DNA of 63,017 nt, filler included, from Hausera hauseri (taxonomy: Eukaryota), in NCBI GenBank assembly GCA_046269625.1. It is 13 parts of 13 records of this genome, joined end to end, with 100 filler letters (N's around TTAATTAATTAA, not from the genome) between each part and the next. Parts side by side here need not be neighbours in the genome. Positions count along the whole stretch, not along the records: positions 1 to 4,830 come from JBJURY010421808.1; positions 4,931 to 9,171 come from JBJURY010681329.1; positions 9,272 to 15,958 come from JBJURY010075104.1; 10 more parts are not named here. The stretch is one strand, 5' to 3'. This document shows, piece after piece, positions 1-12,200 of the stretch. The position numbers and the translations under genes are program-made. The notes under the pieces were generated by a model. It ran no database searches. It had not been told where the DNA came from and saw nothing but the letters and a program-made list of their open reading frames with translations. Numbering within the stretch: position 1 is the first letter of the stretch; every line of letters starts with the position of its first letter.

Positions 1-2440
1 ACTTTATTAGCATGTATTTCTTGATTTGAGCTTGATGTTAGCATTCACATTATAACCCACTGATCTGTGCTGTGAAAAGCTAGAAAACATTTCTCCGCTC
101 AGAGCTCACTCCACTTACATTTAAACATTGGAAACTAATTGTCTAATTACCAGCTTGACTTGAACTTCAAATTTCCTGTCGTCTGCAAATTATAGCTGCA
201 AACTGCTAGAAAATAATGCAGTTGTAATGGCAATGTTTATTGTCATTACAATGTTATCATTAATGTTATAATTAAGACTTGTTGTATATAAATGTCTTAT
301 CTTCGTTTTATTGTTAAACCCCTGATTGGTATCTTTCCTACACTGCTCTACGTACAAGTACTATTAACCAAATAAAGCGGCTGATTAGTATTGATAGTAA
401 ATTTATACACACAAATAAGGAACCTTTGATTCATTAGTTGCAAGCTACAAAGTATGGAAAAATTAAGAAACACATAAATTAGCAATTTTTGGAATAATAA
501 TGTTCATTAGAGCAAAAGGTTGTAATTTTGGAACTGAAAATAATGAACCATCGTGTTGCATTACATTTGTAGAATATTGTAGAATCGATTTGACAAATAA
601 TAAATCATCATGTGTATAAATATTGTCCCCATGAAATAAACTGCTATTAATGTTTCGTTTGTATATTTATATTCCGAAGTCCTATGTGTTATTTCAAGTA
701 GTAAGTTATATTTCTTCTAGCGAATAATATTTTAATCGGTAGTATTCAACTCGAAAATAGTTTTTATCTTATTTTGGACATTATTCGATGAAGAATATTG
801 TCATAAAACCTTCAATGCCCAATAGTGTGTCAATAGCAAAAGCTTCTATTATGGCTACCATTTTCAACTTTCTTACTATATCAATGTTTTGTGAAACCAC
901 AGAATTCAATGTGCATATATCTACTCGTTTAGATTTCTTCTTTGTTAGTAATTGCCTGAACTTATTATGTTTATCAGTTACAAAATTTTTAACATCGATG
1001 TTGAATTTATTGGTTATTTTCATCTGATCATAGACTGATTAGCAAAAGTCCGAACTATATAACTAAATAAGTGAAGGTAAGTCATTCAACAGAACTTAAT
1101 CAAATTCCATATGGCACCACATAGGGCACTAAGACTCGTTTTGTTTACCTTTCAATGTGTCACGAACAGGAATTTTATATTTTAATATTACCACCAAACC
1201 ATGTATGAAACAAAAAGTTTAATATAAACAACAAGGCAAATTTTTGTTGTTGACATTCAATGAAATGCAAATTACCGAGCAATATTGTATTTATTTATAC
1301 ATGAGCAAAAAACAATAAAGTCAGTTGACGCATTTATTTTTCTATTTAAAAATAAACTAATAATATTGGATATTCATATTTGTTATTGTAACTTTTTGTA
1401 ATTATTTTATTGCTATTTCCATGTTAAAATTAGTTATAAATCAACAGAATTTGATATTGATTAAATTTTATATGAAAAAAGCGAAGATAAAATTACATTA
1501 TGAGATGAGTTACCTTAATTGGCATTTGACTTATAGAAATATAAGGTAGAGGCGCTAGAAGAGGAAGAGGCAAAACAGGAAATGATCCACGTGTAACGCG
1601 AGACATGTTGCGAGTACTGAGAAAATGTGTACAAGGGGTAAATCGATATTGCCGATTGCAATGGACACTGTTGCAAATCGGTCAGACCATGGGAACACGG
1701 GGAAAAATCGATGGGAAAATTTTAAACTGGTAAAATTTACACATGTTCAAATTTGCCAGTGATGGAAATTATTCTAATACATTGCCCATAAGCTAGGGAA
1801 AATTTCATATTATTGTCGACTCACGATCAGACCAATGGATCGGGGTGAAAAATGCAAACAAACGAACGAGCGAACGAGCAAACCAAATAAAGCGCAATGT
1901 TAAAGTCAAAATCATCATAGAAGTGTCCTCTCCTAATTATTTCCAAAAAAGGTGGTTAGGAAACCAGTTTAGAAAACGAACTGGAAATCAGTTTTCCCCA
2001 CCTATCTCGAAATGATGAGCATTTCATGTTTTGTTGTCGGAGAACTCAACCCCCCAGCCGGAAGCACATATCACATGTCGAACATGTCACCGGCGGAAGT
2101 CGATAAATCTGGATGAGTAGAGAAAAATTTTCTAGCGTGGTGACAGTCGAAAATATTACTGGGCGGCGCTAAAAGTAAAATAAGCAAAAGAGGAAATGTT
2201 TTATGAGAAACGAGAAACGAGTTACTAATTGCGCATTGCTTGGTGCAAATGTAAAATCAATGTCGGGAATCAAATGCGAACAATTTCAACGTTGCCAGTT
2301 TGTCGTAAATCACGCGACACACAGTCCAGTAGAAACACGCTACGAAATTTCACGTCCAAGAGCAGTTTTCCGTAGTGACTGACCTCGGTGGAGCTAAATT
2401 TGGAAAATATGATTTAAGTATAATAGTAATAGTAATAAAT

Positions 2441-3689
2441 TACTTCGTAGTACGGCGGTAAGACACAGCGGATTTTATTTATATAATGACGGTTCCGTTT
2501 TTCGTTATTTCAACCTCGGCATCAAATACACCACGGTAGATTGCTCCAACGCTTTAGCAAAGTGAACCTACAGTTGTATGTTTCCCTGCTGAGGTAATTG
2601 AGTTTGTTCAACGTTATATTCTGGAACCAGGACAAAGGTGAATAATGGATAGGTGGACTTGAACAAATCCATCGAAATGCCATTGTTGACATTTTTGTTC
2701 AGCAAACCAATGTTGCAAACGATAGATTGTGTATATGTGCAAGCATAATGGCCGGTCTCGAAATCCTGCTTGTATGTCTCAACGAAATATGCATTCCAAC
2801 CCTAACTGATGTAATTCACATTGCTATGGATAAACGTTTCCGAATCGGTGGTATAACTGTTCGTTTGTTGAGCAGTGGTTTAAAATGTAATTAGCACAAT
2901 TTTCGGAAATTGCATGTCGCCAAACAGTGCATCTTTGCAAAACGTAGTTGAACCTTTGGATATGGTGTAAAACACGAGTTCTGTGCGTTGTATCGGGTAA
3001 CAGGTATTTTGCTTTTCCAAGTCCAATGGACGTCCCATGAGCACAGATGGTTCTACATTTACTCGACGTACATGTAATCATACCTCGGTAATTTTCAGTA
3101 TAGGTTTGAGATTTGCGACGGCGGTGTTCAAACAAAAAACACTGTCGCTGCGTTTGAGCCAAATCGTGGCTTTAACACCAGGCAGTAGGTATTTCGGTTG
3201 ATCGAAATAGTCTAAGTACAGCAGTCTACACATTGTAAGTGCCACCAATGTGTGACGGTTTGCTGCAGTGGTGTCATACCCGATGGTTTTCGGCAAGTGA
3301 GTCATTTTTGTGTCAGTACTGTAATTCAGGGTCGTTTCAGTGAGTTCTTTGATACTGTATAGACTGGTGTTGCTTTCAATTTTGATGCTGTTTAGAGTCA
3401 GTGAAGCCTCTTTGAACAGTGTGGGGAAGAGATAATTGGTCGGTGTGACAGTGTCTGCGGCAGCGAGAACCTTTGATGCATCCTTTTTAACAATGATTTT
3501 TACATAGAATAGCGTATCGTTCAAATTGAGATATTCTTTGTCCTAATCCATAATGTTAAATTGAATGTCAGTGTTATCGTCCGTTGAAACCGAATCAACG
3601 GGGCAGATTTCTTCAAATTCCGCATTGTCAATAACAACTTGTGATGCGGCTTTGTCGGATATACACTATTCCGATTTTGCATATGACAT
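2441..3689 (-). pseudogene. Maverick/Polinton (adintovirus-like) major capsid protein (PY, double jelly-roll), disrupted
   Basis: Minus strand reads MSYAKSE*..SQVVIDNAEFEEICPV..DIQFNI..EYLNLNDTLFYVK..TPTNYLFPTLFKEASLTLN..LYSIKELTETTLNYS and ends near YPLFTFVL..GNIQL*VHFAKAL, the pattern of Polinton PY. Several stops and frameshifts; 3' end approximate. Confidence 0.85.
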
Positions 3690-3798
3690 TTGTCAATCAA
3701 TCGAAAATCGTGCGACGACGACATTTATTTATATTTGAAAAGCTAGCTGATCTACCACGTTTTTTCAAGTCACTACCAGCGAATTTCTTTTTGACCGA

Positions 3799-4053
3799 TT
3801 AAACTACTCCCGATGCAGCACTTTTTATTTCTGACAACGCGTGTTCCTTCAGTGATTGTAAAATCGATTTGTTTTTATATACTACGTCCTGTGCTGTTTT
3901 TGCTGCCATGGCTCCAATACGCTTCAACACCGGAAATGCTAAACGTGCCAATGTAAGCAACCATCCAGAGCCATACTGTTTACCAACGAAATACGGCAGT
4001 TTACCGCCCTGCTGAGGCTTACTGTAAATGGGTAAGATTTCGGAATAAATCGT
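3799..4053 (-). pseudogene. Small Polinton virion/core protein with Gly-rich protease-site-like motifs and an amphipathic helix
   Basis: Reads (T)IYSEILPIYSKPQQGGKLPYFVGKQYGSGWLLTLARLAFPVLKRIG...; lies between the minor and major capsid genes; first codon is ACG, probably a decayed ATG. Not in the ORF track. Confidence 0.65.
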
Positions 4054-4054
4054 G

Positions 4055-4790
4055 TTATTGGATTGGACGGAAATGAAGAGTTAGACTGGTTGTGGTACCG
4101 TACGGAAATTCAATAAGGAAGCCTGCGTCACATTGGATATTCACTTTAACATTGTTTATAAATGTAGATGCCACATGCAGGTACATTTCATTAAGGAGCT
4201 TGACAGTGACGTTATCGCCAGCAGTATACTTGCTGCTTTTCGGATAAATTGCACGGATTAGCGGTACACGTACTTCATCAACCAAAATCGGTTTGGTGAC
4301 GTTCACGTAAATGTACATTTGACTTAATCCAATTTTCAGTTTGGGTTTAAGTGTTGCAACATGTGCCGTCGCCGCCGCCGCCGTCTATGCCTTAAACCCT
4401 TGTTTTTCAAAACACAATACCATGACCAAAGCTTTGTCCAATAAAATGTCGACAATGTCTTTAGCCTGTTTAAATTTAAAGTACCCACTTACATCTGACT
4501 CGAAATCTTTAAATATCGCCTTATACTTTTGATTGGAAAAGTGCAAACACAGATGTGCTACACATTCGTAAAAGACATAGTCTCCAATCGATACGTATGA
4601 CGTTGACACCCTTTGGGCTGTACAGGTAAATTTCACCGTTGTCTGGTAGTATACGGGACTTAATCTTGGAGCAACTGCATATTCACTTTTAATATGCTAA
4701 ACTTCGTACTCTGTATCTTTGAATTTAAATTTCTGCGCCATCTCAGTGGACTCAAAGGTGACAGTATATTCAAAATCTGATATATAAATT
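4055..4790 (-). pseudogene. Maverick/Polinton minor capsid (penton, PX) protein, 5' part decayed or cut by contig end
   Basis: C-terminus MYIYVNVTKPILVDEVRVPLIRAI...VKVNIQCDAGFLIEFPYGTTTSLTLHFRP matches the PX pattern (YVYxDxVxPxxVGDxxxPLLR...VTLHFR). Confidence 0.85.
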
Positions 4791-4830
4791 ATAAATTTTT
4801 CCCTAAAATAAAAACACCGATCTTGCCATA

Positions 4831-4930
4831 NNNNNNNNNNNNNNNNNNNNNNNNNNNNNNNNNNNNNNNNNNNNTTAATTAATTAANNNNNNNNNNNNNN
4901 NNNNNNNNNNNNNNNNNNNNNNNNNNNNNN
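4831..4930. other. Artificial contig spacer (Ns around TTAATTAATTAA); same spacer at 9172, 15959, 21076, 26155, 31791, 36208, 41359, 45525, 50241, 54441 and 58705
   Basis: Identical 100-nt layout repeated 12 times; TTAATTAATTAA gives stops in all six frames. Confidence 0.97.
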
Positions 4931-5051
4931 GCCAATAGCGATCTCTATTCTTCATTAGAAACATCGTGGAAACTATTCCATTCTCCCGAACCGTCGAAAT
5001 TCAATATAGTAACCATTTCAAAGACAGAAATTTCTCATTATTTTCGTCACA

Positions 5052-6971
5052 ATGATTTGTGAAGTATCTGGTTGTAGCCAAATGAACTTAACTAAAAGAA
5101 TTACGCAACTTTCACAGGATAATAAGTTCTGGTCCGTGATTTCACCAACAACTATTAAAGAGGCATTATCAAGCATGGAAGACATTTTGAAAAAGTTTCA
5201 AACCGTTTGGAATATGAAGGGTCGAAAACAATTGAGAATCATTTTGTTGTCGCCACCATTTTGCGGCCCCTTCGACGTTTGTCGACAATTAAAACATCGA
5301 TCAACACAATGCTCATTTGAACAACTATGAACTCACGATTCCAGAATTACCGGATATGTGTAACGAAGGTTGGAGTACCTGTATATTGTTGACTGGCCCA
5401 AATGATAATATTCAGTATATGGACTCGACACCATCTATTCGATTCCTACAGACATATCAGCCAAGGACCACTAGCATTCAGTATAAAATTGTCAATCATA
5501 AATGTATTTATGAGCAACATATTGGCCTTGTACCCGGAGTTTCCGGTTTTCCTCCAACACCGTTTACGTTGTATAAAAATAACGAAGAAACCGTTTCGAA
5601 AGAGCCGACAGATCAAAGCCTAAATGACGCTGACGAGCAATTAGAAAAATTGCGAGGCAGTGACAATAAAAGGGAGAATCCTACAACAGCGAGGTGAGAT
5701 TTACCATTTTGCATTGTTCGGTCGGCGGATATTTTTTTAATATTATCGTTGGCATAACATCACTTCCCTTCGGTTTTGTCTGTAAGGAAATACCCGAAGC
5801 GCGAGAATTATGGCGTTTCGCTATTTATTTCATAATAAGACTCCTATTTATGCCCATTTCAAATAGTAATTTAACGACATTCTATTCAGCGCAAATTGAT
5901 TTTCTACAATATTTAGCAGGTTTGCTCTCAGTAGGTTGTACGACTCTTTGGATTCGTAAATGATGTACTTGATTTAAAATGGCTACATAAATGACTATTG
6001 CTGACAATCACGTCGTCGCCTTCGTTGATCGTGTACAAGTTTTCAAATGGAACGACTTACACTGTTACACCGATGTTCTTTAGAATGTTTTAGACAAGTT
6101 TGTTGATTTTGGTCGCCTCTGTCATAATTATATGGCTATGCTGACCATTTCCCGTACAAATCCCATCATTATTTACACCGGTATAAAGAAAATTAAGGCT
6201 GGCCAAAATTTGGTTGTTGCAGTTTTATTAGCTGCCCCAATGTTATTGAATTTGCTACCAGTCCTCTTTGGCAGAACCATTTTTTCTATATTTGTTATGA
6301 TTCCATCTGCTTTCTGTCTTCTCGAAATTTCAAAACACAGCCGTTATACAGCGAAGGCGTTTGTTGCTGATACATTTTGTATTTATTCCGACACGACTTT
6401 TACCTTCGTTGCGATTCTAGGCCATTTCAACAAATTACTTCTTTCCTTTCGTCCTCAGATGATAAATTTCGTCTATTGTATTCAACCGTTGTTTCATTTT
6501 ATCCTTTGTCCACGACATTGCTTCTTGAGATATATTGCTACTGTCGACAAAGTTACCCATTCTACATTGAAATTTAAATTAGCTTCATTGGGTAAAATTG
6601 GTAAACTACGCTTTCACGTTCTGAAGTATTTGACACTCATAGGAATTCATGAACTCGACGATGACTACATAGAATTTAATAAAATGGTCCAGCCACCTTG
6701 TGGCATTGTTATATACTCGCCACTCGCACCTTGTTCTGCCAAACCCATCAAACCCAATACCGAGCCATCTATGGAAATTAATGGATCTGTAATGAGACGA
6801 AGTGGAATCGAGACACATTATCACAAAGTAACCCTCTTAACTTCGTATGACCATTTTGAGATATTACTCTACCCAGCTTGTCGTCTATCTTCGCCGTTTT
6901 CATTCGCCCTTTATGTCAATAATAACTTAATACGAACCGTACATGTCACACAACATATGGAAACATTATAA
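5052..6971 (+). pseudogene. Unknown, partly hydrophobic ORF region upstream of and mostly in frame with Gypsy gag
   Basis: ORFs starting at 5052, 5694 and 6132 share the frame of the gag pieces at 7059 and 7449. The motif AKPIKPNTEPSMEINGSVMRRSG matches AKPTKFDTKSSTEINISAMRRG upstream of the related element at 57797-58336. Confidence 0.5.
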
Positions 6972-9171
6972 TTATGCGCTCTCATTTATAATACCACCGC
7001 CTGCACTGATTTCTACCTGACTCACAACGGTTTTATTTTAACTGACCTCCCACACATCATGGACTCACGTAACTATCTGTGTATACATATCAACCCTAGA
7101 ATCTGCGACGGTATGATTTCTTCATCAACTAGTGACAGTACCGATAATGTGACCACAAAACCAAAATCCAGTATCTACTACCCCAAATCAAACTATCCAA
7201 CTACTTCAACTGATACAAATTCTCACAAAAATCCTATCAGTGCTTACCCACATTGCACCGATTACTTTATAGACAACGAAAATTCTAGCAAAACTTGGCT
7301 CCACTTCCATCAACTATGGCTACATTTCAACGGTATTACAGACTCGTTATTTAAAGCCCATAATCTACTGTATCTTCTACCAAACTCTATAAAAACCTCA
7401 ATCCATAAATTACTGGATATCTTTTAACACTCCGACCCTTATACGCAATTGTTCAATGCTGTGTTAAAAAAGATAGAATTATCAGTTGATTCAATAATGC
7501 AGCGTTTCTTTAATGAAAACGCAATAGGGACACAAAAACCTAGCGATTTCCTATGCACCTCGTTGGCTCATTTACGTACTCTAGGTGTCACCAAGGAACA
7601 TAATCCAGATTTACTTCGACGATATTTCCTTAATGCCTTACCCATTCAAATTATGGCTTTACTTATTTTTGTTGAAGACTCTACAGCCTTAGATAAACTG
7701 GCTGAATTGGCAGACAGAGCGCACGAAGTCTTACAAATCCCATCATAACCCATCATATCAGCCGCTATTATGACCGATGGCAATCAACAACATACTTCTC
7801 TTGAGCATCAATAGAATCAGTTACGTGCCAAAAATGCGACACTACAACACACAATCAACACCATCAACAATAAACTAAACGAGATTTGATTGACTCGACG
7901 TGAGGGTTTCATACATGACCGTAACCGTTCAGTATCTCGTGGTCGGTCACCTTCACCTGGGCGATCACTGATTTGCTATGACCACAGTAGGTATGATAGT
8001 AACGCACAAAAATGCCACCCAGGTGCAAATTTTATGATCAAAGATACCATACGGACAACGTCATTTGCATATATCATGCAAAATTCAGACATAATGCACG
8101 CAAATGCATTCTAGGTTGTACGCTTAAAAACAAATCCCACCATGCAAATGACAAACGCACAACTTTCGTTTCTAACAGTCGCTCAGGTTCCCCGTTTTCA
8201 AAAAACTGATTTCGCTGCCAGCATTTTCGGCAGATACTGACAAAGGCAGTTTATCTAATTCCTTTTGCCGACGCACTTCATATGCAGTCTTCACACTAAA
8301 AGCTGCTATCTCTAATCCTAACATTCAATCCATAGATTTTCTCATTGATGCTAGTGCAGCGATATCACTACTTCTACTTGCTTTTCCGTTTCAACATTCT
8401 TCATCTAAAATAAAACATTTATACACTGCATCTGGTCAATCTCTCCTTATTGCCGGAACTTGCAAACTATCTTTCACTTTACCAAACTTTTCCTCTTCAT
8501 TTAATTGGACGTTTACAGTCGCTAGCATCCAGACGGCAATACTTGGCTCAGATTTCCTTTCGCACTATAATTTGCTAGTCAATTGTAACCGATGCTGCCT
8601 GAAAGAGAATACACCTGTAGAACGTAGCACAGGTATAGACAACATCTCAATGACACCACAGCCAATGGTAAGTAAGTGGTCTATTTTAAAACAAGCAGTA
8701 CCTCGTTCTAATTCCAATAACTATCATGTGTTACACCATAAGTTTCAAATGGATAATGTCGACAGCCAATCACAAGTCAATGTCGCAACCGACGATTTGG
8801 TATTTTCTGTAAAATCATTGAACACCTACTCAAACGCGATTCCGGGCCTGACCATCCTACTACAAACTCCACTTGATTCCTCACCAACAACCAATCACCA
8901 TACAACAAGTACCGATAGCAACCTCGGTTCATCGTCAGTTACATCATTTCAGCAATTACCCATGAGCTTACGACAATTCGTACATACTTCTTGTCCTCGT
9001 ATATTCCAGAAATATAGGAATTTCACACCAGTAAACAGCATTTACCACCATATATTTACAAGACATTAAAGGCCGATTAGACAAAGGTCTGCCCATTGTC
9101 ACTGCGACGCAGGCAGGCAGTAGAAGCTGAATTTATGGAACTTGAACAATCAGTCTCCGCTTATCCACGTT
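6825..9171 (+). mobile_element. Ty3/Gypsy LTR retrotransposon, CsRn1-like (gag, protease, start of RT), degenerate
   Basis: Gag motif GTQKPSDFL...LLRRYFLNALP...LDKLAELAD; tandem CxxH-type Zn knuckles; protease FLIDASAAISLL...ILGSDFL; RT start PLSLRRRQAVEAEF. Homologous to 21176-25210 and 54790-57620. Confidence 0.9.
8200..8209 (+). promoter_or_regulatory. -1 ribosomal frameshift slippery site A AAA AAC at gag/pol junction
   Basis: A AAA AAC directly precedes the gag stop TGA; the same heptamer plus TAA occurs in the sister copy at 56239-56248 (-). Confidence 0.7.
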
Positions 9172-9271
9172 NNNNNNNNNNNNNNNNNNNNNNNNNNNNN
9201 NNNNNNNNNNNNNNNTTAATTAATTAANNNNNNNNNNNNNNNNNNNNNNNNNNNNNNNNNNNNNNNNNNNN

Positions 9272-12200
9272 GCGATTTCCATGATATGATCTTTCATGAT
9301 GGGGACTTACATGATATGTTCTTTCATGTTGTGGACTTCCATATTATGGTATTTCATGGTGAGGACTTCCATGATGTGGTCTTTCATGGTGTGGTCTTCC
9401 ATGATATGATCTTTCATGATGTTGACTTCCAGATGTGGTTCTTCAAGGTGTGGACTTCCATATTATTATCTTTCATGGTGGGGATTTCCATGATATGGTC
9501 TTTTCATGGTGAGGACTTCCATGATGTGGTCTTTCATGGTGTGGTCTTCCATGATATGGTTTTTTATGATGTTGAATTCCACTGTGTGGTCTTTTATGGT
9601 GTGGACTTCCATGATATGGTTTTTTATGGTGTTGAATTCCACTGTGTGGTCTTTCATGGTGTTGACTTCCATAGTGTAGTCTTTCATGTTGTGGAATTCC
9701 ATTGTTTGGCCTTTGATGGTGTGGACTTCCAAATGTGTTCCTTCATGGTGTGGATTTCCATATTATTGTCTTTCATGGTGGGGATTTCCATGATATGGTC
9801 TTTTATGGTGGGGACTTCCATGATGTGGTTGTTCATGGTGTGGTCTTCCATGAAATGGTTTTTCATGGTGTTGTCTTCCATAGTGTGGTCTTTCATGATG
9901 TGGACTTCCGTGGTGTGCACTTTATTATTGCAGATTTCAATAAAGTGGTCTACCATGGTGGAAACTTCCATCATGTGGTCTTTCGTGGTATGGACCTCTA
10001 TAGTGTGTTCTTTCATAGTTGGGACTTCGAGATGTTGTCTTTCACGGTGTGCACTTTTATTATGTGGTCTTTCATGGTGGGGATTTCCATGGTGTGGCCT
10101 TTCATGGTGTGGACTTCCAGATGTGGTCCTTCATTGTGTGGACTTCCATATTATGGTCTATCATGGTGGGCATTTCTATGATATGGTCTTTCATGGTGCA
10201 AACTTCCATGATGTGGTCTTTCATGGTGGAGACATCCATGAAGTGGTCTTTCTGGTTTGGGACTTCCATGATGTAGTCTTTCGTAATGTGGACTTCCATA
10301 CTATGGTCCTTCATGGTGGGGACATCCATGATCTGGCCTTTGATGGTGTGGACTTCCATATGTGGTCCTTCATGGTGTGGAATTCCATATTATGGTCTTT
10401 CATGGTGGCGATTTCCATGATATGATCTTTCATGATGGGCACTTCCATGATGTGGTCTTTCATGGTGTGGACTTCATTACTATGGTCTTTGATGGTGGGG
10501 ACAACGATGATATGGTCTTTAACGGTGGGGACTTCCATGATATGGTCTTTCAAGGTGCGGATTTCCATGATGTGGCCTTTCATAGTGTTGTCTTCCATGA
10601 TATGGTCTTTTATGGTGTTGACTTCCATAGTGTGGACTTTCATGGTGTAGACTTCCATACTATGGACTTTCATGGCGGGGACATCAATGATATGGTTTTT
10701 CATGATGTGGAGTTCCATGGTGTGGCCTTTCATGGTGTGGACTTCCATACTATGGTCTTTCATGGTGGAGACATCCATGAAGTGGTCTTTCTGGGTGTGG
10801 ACTTCCATACTATGGTCCTTCATTGTGGGGACATCCATGATGTGTCCTTTGATGGTGTGGACTTCAATATGTAATCCTTCATGGTGTGGAATTCCATATT
10901 ATTGTCTTTCATAATGGCGATTTCCATGATATGATCTTTCATGATGGGGACTTCCATGATGTGTTCTTTCATGGTGTGGACTTCCATATTATGGTCTTTC
11001 ATGGTGAGGACTTCCATGCTGTGGTCTTTCATGGTGTGGTCTTCCATGATATGGTCTTTCATGGTGCTGACTTCCAGATGTGGTCCTTCATGGTGTGGAC
11101 TTCCATATTATTATCTTTCATGGTGGAAATTTCCATGATATGGTGTTTCACGGTGGGGACTTCCATGATGTAGTCTTTCAAGGTGCGGTTTCCATGATGT
11201 GGTCTTTCATGGTGTGGACTTCCATACTATGGTCTTTCATGGTGGAGACATCCATGAAGTGGTCTTTCATGATGGGGACTTCCATGATGTGGTCTTTCAT
11301 GGTGTGGACTTCCATACTATGGTCCTTCATGGTGGGGACATCCATGATCTGGCCTTTGATGGTGTGGAATTCCATATGTGGTCCTTCATGGTGTGGAATT
11401 CCATATTATGGTTTTTAATGGTTGCGATTTCCATGATATGATCTTTCATGATGGGGACTTACACGATATGTTTTTTCATGGTGTGGACTTCCATATTATG
11501 GTCTTTCATGGTGAGGACTTCCATGATGTGGTCTTTCATGGTGTGGTCTTCCATGATATGGTCTTTCATGGTGTTGACTTCCAAATGTGGTCCTTCATGG
11601 TGTGGACTTCCATATTATTATCTTTCATGGTGGGGATTTCTATGATATGATCTTTCATGGTGAGGACTTCCATGATGTGGTCTTTCATGGTGTGGTCTTC
11701 CATGATATGGTTTTTTATGGTGTTGACTTCCACAGTGTGGTCTTTCATGGTGTGGACTTCCATGATGTGGTCTTTTATGGTGTGGTCTTCCATGAAATTT
11801 TCCTTCATGGTGTTGACTTCCATAGTGTGGTCTTTCATGTTGTGGAATTCCATTGTGTGGCCTTTCATGGTGTGGACTTCCATACTATGGTCTTTTATGG
11901 TGGTTACATCAATGTGTGGCCTTTGATGGTGTGGACTTCCAAATGTCTTCCTTCATGGTGTGGACTACCATATTATTGTCTTTCATGGTGGGGATTTCCA
12001 TGATATGGTCTTTCATGGTGGGGACTTCCATGATGTGGTCTTTCATGGTGTGGTCTTCCATGAAATGGTCTTTCATGGTGTTGACTTCCATAGTGTGGTC
12101 TTTCATGATGTGGACTTCCGTGGTGTGCACTTTATTATTGCCGATTTCAATAAAGTGGTCTACCATGGTGGAAACTTCCATCATGTGGTCTTTCGTGGTA

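Noticed and set aside
1550-2440. Possible Polinton terminal inverted repeat downstream of the capsid gene
   Set aside because: Position is plausible, but no partner repeat or TSD is visible in the window.
6680-6720. Minus-strand MPQGGWTILL resembling a third BH2 motif
   Set aside because: Lacks the upstream Trp, is closely followed by stops, and the conserved frame here is on the plus strand.
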